Positions 25,166 to 36,810 of a stretch of 64,000 nucleotides of DNA are shown piece by piece. The position numbers and the translations under genes were made by a program. The stretch is from the NCBI GenBank assembly GCA_965153285.1, contig OZ229110.1. One strand, written 5' to 3'. Origin of the DNA: Podarcis tiliguerta. Its lineage: Eukaryota. The notes below the pieces were generated by a model. It made no database searches, was not told the origin of the DNA, and saw only the letters and a program-made list of their open reading frames with translations. Each line of letters opens with the position of its first letter. Positions within the stretch are counted from its first letter, which is position 1.

Positions 25166-28100
25166 AGGTATGATAATATATTTAAACAAAGAGGCATTAC
25201 TAATATTTTTATACAATTGCAAGTGTATCTTATGAAATTGTGCATGTTTTTAAAAAGTGGGTTTTTTTCCATTTTAGCAAGTGAGCATATGTTACTTAGA
25301 TCTCAACATCTTGTATATGCTTCATTGTTGGAGAGATATAAAAGAAGGAAAGCTTATGTTCTGCCGGTGAAGCATGCAGGGTTGCCTTACTACACAGGGC
25401 ACTTTGTCAAAACCTTGGTACAATTAACACAAATGGAAACTGGTCTAGCTATATTTTGTGTCTCATTCACTACAATGGTGCAGAAACAAGACATCCAGAT
25501 AGTATTGAAGGGCATGGAACAGCCAAGTCAGAAACCATCATTCTTCTCTTCTTTATCCTTTATATCAGGGTGGCTAAGCTTCTGTGGCTTAAGGGCCCCT
25601 TTGAGTGTTTTCCCACTCCCTCGAGATCTGCATGCCCACCAAGCCCATTTCACACACATGCATACACTCATGCAGCGCAAAGGGTAGGACAATCAGTTTA
25701 CACACACAGACATTCTCAGCAGTGTTTATGCTCTCTAGGGCAGTGCCTGCCCTGGGATAGTCTTCTGCCCTTGGGAGGAGGAACAAAGCCCCTTCTCTCT
25801 GTGGTATGGCACTATTGGTAGAAGGTCCTTAGACAGGAAACTGGAAGGAATGCTTCTTCCTGTTTCTTTTGCCTCTCTAAAGCCTTCCAACAATGACACC
25901 AACTTTGTAAGAATGGTGCAGTACTGGACGGAGAAGGGGTCCTCTTCTAAAGGTAAAAAGAGGTGGCGCCTCCCATCCCTGCATATCAGATCAGCAGAGA
26001 CCTCTCCCAATGGTGGGGCACAATACTGCCACCTGCTGCCCAAAAACACTCAAAAATAGTGGAGGCAAATCATTGGGGTTGTGCAGGCCACCGGAAATCA
26101 CGGGTTAGCTACTCCTGCTTCATATAGCACTTGCCACTTAGAACAACCCTGTGTGGTAGGTGCTTCCCCAGTTCTCAAATGGAAGCTGAGAGATGGTGAC
26201 TTGTTCAAGGCCACACAGTGAGTTCTTGGCAGCGGGTGAATCCAGGTCTCCCAGTCCCAAGGCCAGATCTCCTGCAGGGCAATCTAAGGTGGGAAATGCA
26301 TAATTGTTTCTGTAAACTTGCTTCTCCATGAGCCCTTTGCTCTCTCTCTCTCTCCCCTCATTTCCGATCTCTTTGCATCTTTCTTTCCCCATAGCAGCGC
26401 TCCTTTACATTCCTCCTCCTCTTTGTCCTATTTCCAAGCTTGTTGGTCTGAAGGTACTTCCTGTCTAGATTTGGTGCCTGTCAGCTCCCCCTTCCTGTTT
26501 CTTTGCCTCTCTCTTTTTGACACAGCCCTAGATGGAGCTGGCAGCTCTCGTCTGGGCCTCTCTTTTGCCTGTGCTATCAGTCTGCTGCTGAGCAGAAACT
26601 TCCATGGCATTCTGCAGTCTTTCCCTGTCCACTCTGCATACCTCTTACTTGTTCTGTTCATGCACAACGAATGGCTGCAGAGACAGAGGCCCTTTTGCCC
26701 TACACTGGGAAAGAGGCTTTATTCCGCAGGCAGCTCCAGTGTTGTGAGCAGAGCTTGCGACGGTGGTGCTGAAGGAGGCCGCTGGGAAAGGCTGCTCAAG
26801 GTTATGAACTGCTCCCTTGCCGGTGGTGGCCCAAGGGCTGTTGTCATGTGCCCTGTATAAATATATTTGCAAACATTTTGGCATCGCCTCTTGTTTCTCT
26901 GCTATGTATCCTGTGTGCCATGCCCTCAGATTGGCAGAAGGACAAATGTGAAGAGCAGGGCATGCAGAGTTTTCTTGCTAGGGTCAGGACATGAAGAGAT
27001 CTGGAATAATAGTGGAGATGTGTGCTGAATGCTTATTGCTTCCCCCAGCTGCTGGAAGAAAGAAATGAGGGAAGCTGTCCAAATGCAAAAAAAGGGGCTG
27101 GGTGGGAGGAATATGAATGGACAAACACCTGCTCTGAGAACAGAGGGGCCCAAACCAAGCCTCAGTACTGGGCACATTGGCAGATTTTTCCAGCTTAAGT
27201 GCCATCCCTGCCCCTCAGCAGAACTAGTCAATGTGATCTCTGTCACTACCGATCAGTGTGATAGTACTGTTTTAGTGGGAGAAATTCAGTATAGCGCTAA
27301 GAGGATCACTCCATCAGCGCAAGCATTTTGATTGCATTGATACAACAATCTCCCCTTCTCTCCCCCCCATGTGCTGTTCTAGGGATTCCCCCCCCCCTTG
27401 CACAAGCCAATTCCAGGGGCACAGGGGAAGATGGGAGGGAAGCATCATTGCGTTAGCAGAATCCTTGCATGGGCTTCTGCTAACAGGACCAGTTAGTTGA
27501 AGCCTGCCCAGTGTTAAGGTCCAGTGCATGATGGGAAATGTGTCTTCTTAACCAGACATAAATAAATAAAACCAGGGATCTCTTGTCTCTTGAACCTCTG
27601 TGGGAGACGCATGGTGAATCTGCAGGTAGTTTCCCCATTTCAGCTTTAAAAGGCATTGAACTGAACTATTTTCCTCACTGATCTCTTTGAAATAGTCAGG
27701 ATAAGCACCCGTATATGGTGCAGTGGATTTGCCATGAGAAAATACTCCCAATAGCAGTCCAGTAACATCTGGAGGACCACAGGTTCCCTGTTACTCCTCT
27801 AAACAATCAAGATGGGGAGAGCCCAAGGCTTCCCTGTAACTGCTGTCATAGACTGTTGCCTGCAAGGGTTGTGGTTGGCTCATGAATAAGACATGAATAG
27901 GCCTTGCAAGATTTCTGGCACCCCTGTGGGGCTACCATTTAAAAGCGCTCAGTGTGGGGTGTGAATATACTTCGGATTCCCTTGCAGATGATTAGCTGGG
28001 AACAATTCAGTGCTGTAATCTAATTAGGGAGCCGATGAAAGGAAGTGGGAGGGAAGGGCGGGGACTGTTGGTGGTGGCAAGAATAGTTTGGGCACATTTG

Positions 28101-28410
28101 CCACACACAGTTCCTTGAAGCAGCTGATTGGAGCTCGGCCAGCTTGGAGAGCAAAAGCCTGCCTGGAGTATGTCCTGGAGTTCCCAAGGGAAATTTTGGA
28201 GATATTTTTTTCTCCTCTCCTCTTCCTTCTCCTCCAATTGAGCCACAGTTGTGGTGAGCAGGGCTTGGTGTTCTTGGTTTACACACCCTGGTTACTCAGA
28301 GCAGTGCTCTCACACACATGGCAAAAGAGATGGATTTGATTCTCTTTCCGTTACCTGATGGATAATGGGACATAATAAGATATGAAAGGGGTGACACAGA
28401 CAGACAGGAT

Positions 28411-28443
28411 TGTTTGTTTGTTTGTTTGTTTGTTTGTTTGTTT
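28411..28443. repeat. (TGTT)8 microsatellite
   Basis: Direct reading. Confidence 0.9.
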
Positions 28444-29690
28444 TAAAAAGCGTTCCACAGCACTACTGCATCTGTCACACCTCATTCCTGTCCTGCAGCA
28501 GCGCCACATCTTTGCTATTTTGGTATCAAGTCTTCACACAGCTCTGCTACTGCGCTCAGAGGGCTAAAGAGAAGGCTTCTCCTGTAGTCCCATTTGGGTG
28601 ATTTCATCTCTCTTGTTTTTCACCCTTGTGAACTTTAGTATTGTAAATGAATGCATTTCCCATTGTTTCACTTGAGTAAAGTCTGTGATCTGAAATCCAA
28701 ACAACAGCAAGACCTGCTCACATCTGGCTAGGAAGGAGTTTAATTAAGCACACACACACACACACCGCCACACACCTCCCCATTGCCAGATCCAAACTGA
28801 GCAGGAAGAGAAGAAGTACTGTTAAGAAGTAATGGCTGGGGGAAAATGTTTCAAAGTTTGAAGTAAGTGAAGAGTGAAATGCTAAATATTAACAGTGATA
28901 GCATTTCAGCCTATGGAAAGACAGAAGACAATGGATGCAGATCAGTCATGGAACAAGAAACCTGAGGCCTAGCTAAAAGAGGGAGGAAGACAGAACTAGC
29001 CTGCTCATGAACTAGCCTGGACTGAAGTAGCTGCTTTGAGCTGTGGAATCCCTCAGGGTGGCACTCTTCCCGCCACCAGCGCCAGGGTTGCGTGATGGTG
29101 ATGGCTTCTGGTGAGATTTTTCAGGGGAGCCACCTTCCCATTCATGTCAGGTGGTAAAATGGGACTGGCCACCCCTGGAAGAAGAGTGAAGAAATTAAAC
29201 CTGATCATAACAAGAGATCCCAAAGCAAGTTGGCAGCAAATACAAAGGGGACAGATAATTCAGAACAGTAACACTAGAAGTAAGAAGTGAGAGTTGAAGA
29301 AGAAAAAGATTTGTCAGTGGAGCAACACAATCAAACAGCGACATAACACAAAGACTGGCAGCAATATTACCAGAAAGTAGTGGTTTACAATGGGAAAGAG
29401 ATAGTAATCAAGATGAGCGAATTCAAACCTGGAAATGTTCAGAAAGCAAAACTATGAAGAAAACCACCACAGTCAATTTTATGCTTTCTACTCTTCAGTA
29501 TCTTTCCAAACATGGGCACCCTGCTCTCAGAAGCAATAGAAGTGTTTAGTTTTTCTAGGCAACTCCCTTCAGGCACCATGCCTAATAATCTTCGGTGTGT
29601 CTGCACGTGCCTCTGTTTGCAGCCAGTGACTGAATTCCAGAGGTGGTGTGAAGCTTACAGTTCCTGAAGATGTGTAAGGCTACTGCCTGG

Positions 29691-29815
29691 AGAACATAGG
29701 AAACAGTCCATCAAGCCCAGTACTGTACTCTGACTGGCAGCAGGGTCTCCAGGCAGAGCTCTTGTTTTCCTGCCAGAGGTGACCTTGTCCATACAAAGCA
29801 CATGCTCTTCCAGTC
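29691..29815 (-). mobile_element. Squam3-type SINE, highly degenerate
   Basis: AGAACATAGGAA...GTCCATCAAGCCCAGTACTGT...TGACTGGCAGCAGGGTCTCCAGG. Confidence 0.55.
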
Positions 29816-32042
29816 CACTCTAGTCCCTCCCACTTTGGCGGCTGCTTGATGTTAGGGCAGTCCCTCTCCTTGCTATTTGTGTTTGAGGTGTTCTGTACAA
29901 GCCCATGTTTCCAGGAAGATTCCACCTGGCCCATTGCCTTTGCCACCAGCTCTGTGGATCAGCTACTCTCTCCGCCAGGCTTCTGAAGCACCACATCTCT
30001 GCTGAACCATGGCTGCAGCTGAGTTAGCAGGCACCAGCTGAAGTTGGCAGCCACCACCCCTCCATTCTCCCCATGGGGTTGGCCTGCACTTTCTTCCCAG
30101 CACTTGACAATCTCTTGCATGAAAAGTACCAAAGGTCTGTCGGCCCAGGGTGTTTGTGTGTGCTGTGAAATGAACCCAGCATCCCAAGTATCTGGTGTCT
30201 TGGGCAGCTTAAGGCAGAGAAGAGCCTTCTGTCTCACTGTGTGAGAGATGGATATGGTTACCATGGCAGCAGTGGCATGCAGCACACCAAGCCAGCAAGA
30301 GCCTGTGTGAGAAGGATTTTAGGAGCCCTCTGCTCTCACTGATCAGGACTGACAGGCAGCAGTGATCGAACAGCGGGATCTCAGCTGCAACTGCGCCTGC
30401 AATGCCTTGCCTCTGTCAACTGGGTGTGGGCATCTATTGCCTCCAGAACCGCTGGCAGCATTCTCTTCATATCTGTTCTTTAGTTCTATTCCTAAACCTT
30501 TTGCTCCACTCCTTTTCAATGTAGATGGTTGTTTCCTGAACGCTTCCTGAATCCTTCCTAGTTTGCTTTGTTCCTGTGCTGAGGTTCTGTGTTTGTGTCC
30601 TATATGAAATCCTGCTGCATGGTTTGGAATTTGGCTCACATCTGAAGGTATCCAGATTTCAGTTGGGAGGAAGAAGAAATGTCTTGAGTCTTGCCTAGTT
30701 GTACAGAAAATAACTGAACTTAAATGGGCAAAAAAACTGAACCTATGTGGACAACGCGTGATACAGATTGTATTGCCAAATGAGGCTGCAGGTGGGGCTT
30801 CCAGTAATCAGAAAGCAGAATTTCTTTGTGCTATGCATGCCTGTGTCCCATTCTCTCTCTGGTACCTCTTCTCTGTCCCCATATCAATCTCCTCTTCCCC
30901 ATCCTGACTCTGCTGTCTGTACTGATAACACTATTATGGGCGAGGAGAGCTGTAACTTCTCCATAGTCCATTGCATCAGGCACTTTTCTTTTATCCCACT
31001 TCACTCCTAGTATCAGAGTTGATGTTGAAAGCAGATTTCCCCCAACCCTATGCTTTATACATAAACAGGGCAGGCAAGTGATTTAAAGACCATGGCTTTG
31101 ACTCTTAGCATTCAGTGATCCTTACAACCATGCTGCAAAACAGATTGTTGTTGTTGCCCTTACATTTCAGAAGGAAAGCAGGGAGAGAGCTGAGGTTGAG
31201 GGACCGAGGGGAGGTGGGGCTGTAATGTTTGTGGCTGAGATGATGTTTGAACCACTTGACTTTCCAGATTACAGCTCAAGTGCTTGGCCAATGCAACACC
31301 ATCTTCTTCCTCTTTCCCTCACACCAGCCACTGCTAAATTGCTTCTAATTCTGTGAAAAAGTGATTGATGCCATGATAAATACATTGTGGAACATTGAGT
31401 GATTTTGCACACTCCTGCGCAATTCTTTCTGTGTTTGGAGCATTGATATGTGGAGGGTGAGCACACTTTTGGCCCAGATTCAGCTACGTTATTGCACTAT
31501 AAGAAGTGAGCATGAAAAGCCCTGCAATCGGACTTTCTCCCCTCCCTCTGTGTCCTCCCCAGAGCTGCTCAGGAGGGCTGGGAGAACCCCTAGGGCAGCC
31601 CATGGGGAAAATAGAGGGGAGATCAGGCAAGCAGAAATGCTTGCAGAGACAGAACAATCGCCTTAGTGTGCTGTTGAATTCCACTCTTTGGTATGGAGTG
31701 CATTTTCCAGCTAGATCATGGTGTTTGAGAGATCCTGGAAAGAGGAGGAAATGGGCTAAGAAAATGGCAACTGAACAGTACAAATAGAACCACAACCCTA
31801 CCTTCCCCTATCTCTGGGCACACACAATACTTATTGCCGAAGAGGCAGTGTGGAAGGAAGAGTGTGGGTGGAAACTGGCTTCATTCACCAGCTTCATTCA
31901 TCTAAGATTTCTGTTCCCCGGCCCTCCAGGATCTGCTGTAGCTGAGAGTTCCTCAGGGACAACAGCATGGCAGTCCTCGAATTCATGTAACCTTGGAAGT
32001 ATGCTTGCTGTTTTCTAATGATCTCCTTTGCTTCCCACACAG

Positions 32043-32121
32043 TGTCCTTTCCTCTAGGCGCTATTACTTCGAGCTCCTCCACAAGCAGGACGACCGTGGC
32101 TCAGACCATGTGGAAGTTGGT
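32043..32121 (+). CDS. B4GALNT4: B4GALNT4 exon ~8 ([26 protein letters not shown])
   Basis: cacag acceptor, gtgagt donor, 79 nt, phase 2/0; aligns to human [26 protein letters not shown]. An in-frame alternative acceptor would start the exon at 32058. Confidence 0.93.
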
Positions 32122-35100
32122 GTGAGTAAATAAATCCCTCTCAAGCCTCCCCCCACTTTAAGGTACAGAGCACCTGGTAGGAATATTAAACTTGTTTTGA
32201 AAAATAGAAACAGACCTACACTTGATCTTAGCCAAAAAAAAAGGCCAAGAAGCCTTCTGTTTTGTGCTCTCTTGACTAAAAATCTTGACAGTAAATAAAC
32301 CTTCCATCCCCGTCAAAGAAGCCTTTATAGTCAAAAAGACATCTTTAGCACAGCTTTCACCAGTCAGTTTTGAAGCGGCTCTTATTAACTCAGGATTAGT
32401 TTGCAGATTACCAGTTGAGGAAAAAGCATCTGGCCATGAGGCACCCAAAGGTACATATTTGCCCCCCAAAGCTAGCAGAATGAAGCATGTTTTCCACCAT
32501 TTAAACTTCTTGAATCTGCTTTACAGTAAAGCAGAGGGAGGAAGATTATTCCTTAGACCATTTTTCTCATTTTCCTCAGAGCTTGAGGAGAAAAGTCTTT
32601 TCTCCTTAAAATTAATTGTGTCCTTCTCTGGGGAAAGAGCCAGAAGGGAGTATGAGAGGGACTTCCTAGCTGGTAATTTCTTAAACTCTTTTATTCTCAA
32701 GATAAAATGTCTCCCATCTCCTAGAAACTTTAAAATAGCCTCATTTTCATGCCTCTCAGAGGAGCTGTGTTCCCTTTACAGAAGCCTTTGCTGCACAGCA
32801 GGCTGCTGGAGGTGAAATATTAGTCTTTTTAAAGAGGCTCCATTCATCCCATGTCTAAATTAAAAGGAAGAAGAGCCACTCAGTGCAAATGCTCTTCCTT
32901 CCCAATGGCTGCCTGTCTCTGCTGTGAAGTCTCTGCCAAAAGGATTCTAGGTCACCCTGGCAGGTGTAACACCCAGAGTGCAGGGAATATGAAGAAAAAA
33001 AATTACCAGATGGGATTTATCTTTGCTTTAAAATAATATGCACCAATCGTCTGGTTGCTTTGATGGATATGAAGCACGTACGCATGCAAGGTTGTTCTTC
33101 CTGCTCATCAGCTATTTAGCATGTCTACGTAAGTACTAAATGTGCAGAATGAACAGCATATGGGCCTGTCTAAAAGCAAGTGTATAAACTAGACAGATGA
33201 ACATTGACACATTACTGCTTTTGCCACTTTACACGATGTTGGAAAGCTTGTCAGTCATTACAGAGGCCTTCCAGGCACCCCGATTAACAATAATAAATCT
33301 CCAGCCTGCTGCAGGAGAAAAGGAAGCAGCCTTTATTAAAACTACTTCGTGTTTCGACATTACAAACTGTTACATAGCAAAACAGTATGTCTACTTAGCT
33401 ACAGAAATATTAGCAGTGAGCCTGAATAGCAGCTGTTTGACTCTCCTCTGCTAAAATCCTGGGCTGCGTTCCTTACAATGATGGTACAGAAGCACTTCCT
33501 CTCAGGGACATGCATAATTTGAATGGTGAGCCTGCTGTGGAAGTGTGCACACACTCTTTGGATCTGTTAAAAAAATAACATCTTCCCTCCCAGTCCTGTG
33601 TTGTGTTCACAGCAGAAGCTAGGTATGCACAGTTCTGATTGGCTGGTGCCAGTGACATTATAAAACAACTTTTGCTTACCCAGAACAGCTTTTCAGCTTT
33701 TTAAAATTAAAATTGTGCTTTGCTTTTAAAATAACCAAATGCACATGGGCAGGTGGGGGAAGGGCAGTTCAGTCAACTGAATCAGTGTTTGGTTCACTGA
33801 TCCCATTGCTCCTACTCTGCATGAGAGAAGAGCTGGGTTCAGCCTTTCAACACCTTTTCTTTTCTTTTTTCTTTTACTACTTGTGTAGGTACTCTTTGCC
33901 TACCCTTTTAATAGAAAGCCACAGCATGTTACAGTTCCTCAGTCAAAAGAAGGAACAAGGGTTCAGCTGAATGTCAGAGAGCTCAGAAGCATCTCCCAAA
34001 CAGTTTGTAATTGTGCTTCATTGCTGGAGAGGGGAAGTATACCTCCCTGTGATGCTAAGACGAAGGGCAGTATAGAAATAAAATTAATAAAATAAAGCAT
34101 ATGGCCTGCAAATAATTTATTAACACACAATCATGCTTGTAGAGGAAGCTCATTATGTGGTGAGGCTAAGAGGGTCCTTTTGTGTTGCTGTTTTAAATGG
34201 CTGCATGTGTATCCTGCATGAGGACTGCTGGGTTTTTTAATATATATTTTTAAGGAAGAGTTAAAATATAATAGGACTTATTGAAAAAGTTCACCAAATG
34301 GCACATATTGGGCAGTGGAGGAGGCACCCATCATATTGATGACCCAGGCACTATCCAGACAGTGTGACACTTGGGCAACTTCATTCCACACAGCACTCAC
34401 TTCTCACTTTCCCAGCAAAAGAAAGAAATTGGCTGAGTGCTCAGAAAATACAATGTTCCTGTAAAAAAAAGGGAAAGAAAAAGTGCTAATATGTTTTAAG
34501 ATGACTGTGTTCCTGGCAGTTGTTGAGTAACAGCTGCCCAAGTTGTCTGCAGGTTAGAGAACAACCAAAAATAATACTGGGTGTTATTCAACCAAGTTTA
34601 ACTAACTTAGTCATGTTCAGTCATTTCATTGGGCCTGCTCCAAGTAAAATATAGTTGACTGTTGCCCATTATCCAGAAAAGGATCAGGACGATTCAGCAG
34701 AATTGCATGTTCTTGACCCAATGGCAGGGTGTGGCCAGGCCAGACTAGCTAGTAACACTAAAAAGCTGTTATCGGATCAGTGCAGTGACTCAGTTTGTTA
34801 TCTCTGTAATTGATTCACACCTGCATTCTGAAGGCCAGAAGCTGCACCAGATGAACTACAGCCAGACAAAAGCCTTGAGTTGTGTGCTGCATCTTTCTTC
34901 CCTTTTTACTTCCAAACACAGAGCAAACTTTCCTAGTTAAGCTACTGGCTATGGTGGGTAGTGCCACCTGATTCTTGGGCTCAGCCCCAAAGTGCCACAT
35001 TCCCAAGGAACAGCAGGCTTCTGGCTGCGCGTGGAGCACACACTTCCTCCAAGCAACATGTTCTCCCAAGGTGTTGCGCCAGAGAGCAGATGAAGAGCCA

Positions 35101-35308
35101 CATGGGGCAGAAACAGTCACCAGCCGGTGTGAAATAGGCATTGAATGAGAACTTTAGCAGCCTGCCTTCTGGACTCTCCTGAATTCCTCCCCATTCACAT
35201 TCCTACCAGCTGGTCTTCCGCAAACTTCCTTTCCCCCACATGCAGGAGCACACACAATACATGCATATATAGACTGACCTTTCTTAATCACTCTCTTGTC
35301 TCTTTCAG

Positions 35309-35375
35309 TGGCGTGTTTTTCTGCCCAGCTTCAAGTTTGAGGTCATCGATTCACCCTACATTTCACTCTATACAG
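35309..35375 (+). CDS. B4GALNT4: B4GALNT4 exon ~9 (WRVFLPSFKFEVIDSPYISLYT)
   Basis: tttcag acceptor, G|gtaagg donor, 67 nt, phase 0/1. Confidence 0.95.
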
Positions 35376-35689
35376 GTAAGGCACCCCTCCCCCCTGAGGC
35401 TTTGCAGCCTTAGCTTGATACAGGATTCCTCCTGCAACCTGCAATGTGTGTAGTTGGTGCACGCGTAAAGAAAAGAGCGTGCCAGCACGATCCTGTAGAG
35501 TTCATTGGTTGTCCATGTATTGAGACCTCCCATTGTCATGCCAAAAAGCACCATTGTACTATCAGGCACCCTGTCTCCAGGCCACACTTTGCAAAGGTTC
35601 TGGCTTTGCACTTGAGTGTTTTTGCTTGGCTGGAATGTGTCATTGAACTCTGCTAAGGCTCCTTGCTTCTTTGTATGGAGGATAGAGAA

Positions 35690-35775
35690 TTAGTGTGCAC
35701 ACCTTCTTGGGAGTAAATCCCATTGAACTGAGCTTTGGGCGTACTTTTGAGTAAATGTCTATATGATTGCACTGT
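35690..35775. mobile_element. Short palindromic MITE (GGGAGTAA..CCCATTGAACT family)
   Basis: CTTGGGAGTAAATCCCATTGAACTGAG...TACTTTTGAGTAAATGTCTATATGATTGCACT; related copies at about 3868-3950 and 53890-53980. Confidence 0.5.
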
Positions 35776-35939
35776 AGGGCAGGAAACCTCTAACCTCGGG
35801 GGGGGGGTGTTTCTGAGTAGATACATCAGAGGTCTAAATGTGTGGGTTTTTTCTCCCCCCAAAAAGAGGGCAGAAATTTTAATGTGCGGGGCTGAAAATT
35901 CCCTTTGAAGTCATTTAGTCCAACGCCCTTTCACTAGAC

Positions 35940-36591
35940 CAGTGATTCTCAAAGGGTGTATTGTGCCACACTGCTGTGGCAGGAGTGAATGGCAAGTGTA
36001 GCAAGAAAATTCAAGGACAATCAAAGAAGCATTGGAACAGAAGTGTAGTATAATATAGCATAGTATAGTATAAAAATATTATGCATACATACATAGAACC
36101 AGAAACAATATGCATGCCTCTCTTCAAGAGCATTGGCTATTCTTCTGCAGTTTCCCATGACATATGGTTGTGAATAGAGATTTGCATATGAAAAGATCTG
36201 AAAAGGGAAAGGCTTCTTTGTATTGATGAGGAGATGAGAGTGTGTTTGTCTCAAACTGGACCTAATATAAATGAGATTACCTGGCATAAGCAAGCTCACA
36301 CATCTCATTGAGTTTGTATACATATTTAAGGTACATATGTAAGAGGCTTGTTTATAATTATATTTTGGGAATAATTAATGTTCTTACGGAGCTGCATTGT
36401 TTATACTTTCTGGATGTCCCATGATCATATTATAAAGTAGTTGTGTTCTATGTTATAAATCAAGCACTGCTAGGAGTTGCTTCTTTTTGTTTTCTGATGT
36501 ATTTCTTATCAATTAAAAATAAATCGGTGTGGCACAAGCAAATTTTCATTCTGAAAATGTGGCCCAGAGAAAAAGAGTTTGAGAACCAGTG
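35940..36591 (+). mobile_element. Internally deleted hAT-Charlie/Buster-type transposon with transposase C-terminal remnant
   Basis: TIRs CAGTGATTCTCAAA ... TTTGAGAACCAGTG; 8-bp TSD CACTAGAC/CCCTAGAC with the TAGA core typical of Charlie; decayed coding remnant inside. Confidence 0.88.
36105..36311 (+). pseudogene. hAT transposase C-terminal dimerisation-domain fragment (stop + frameshift)
   Basis: SSRALAILLQFPMTYGCE*RF from 36121, then in another frame KRERLLCIDEEMRVCLSQTGPNINEITWHKQAHTSH* (36201-36311), resembling the Buster/Charlie ...KQAxxSH* terminus. Confidence 0.85.
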
Positions 36592-36774
36592 CCCTAGACC
36601 TTCGGTATATAACTGCCTGCAACTGCTTAGCTCTCAGTATTCACTTTTTTTTAGTGCACAAGCCAAGAGCTGGTCCATTGCTCCACGTCTGTGGGGTGAT
36701 AAATACACTTAGAAAAATAGTCCCAGATGAATCAAGCAACTGAGCCAGCAAAGAACTGTAATCACGACATGTAC

Positions 36775-36810
36775 GTGTGTGTGTGTGTGTATGTGTGTGT
36801 GTGTGTGTGT
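36775..36810. repeat. Interrupted (GT)n microsatellite
   Basis: Direct reading. Confidence 0.9.

Noticed and set aside
25061-26860. Intronic ORFs of 208 aa and 180 aa
   Set aside because: No recognisable homology or coding-like composition; the first begins within a CR1 remnant. Consistent with chance ORFs.
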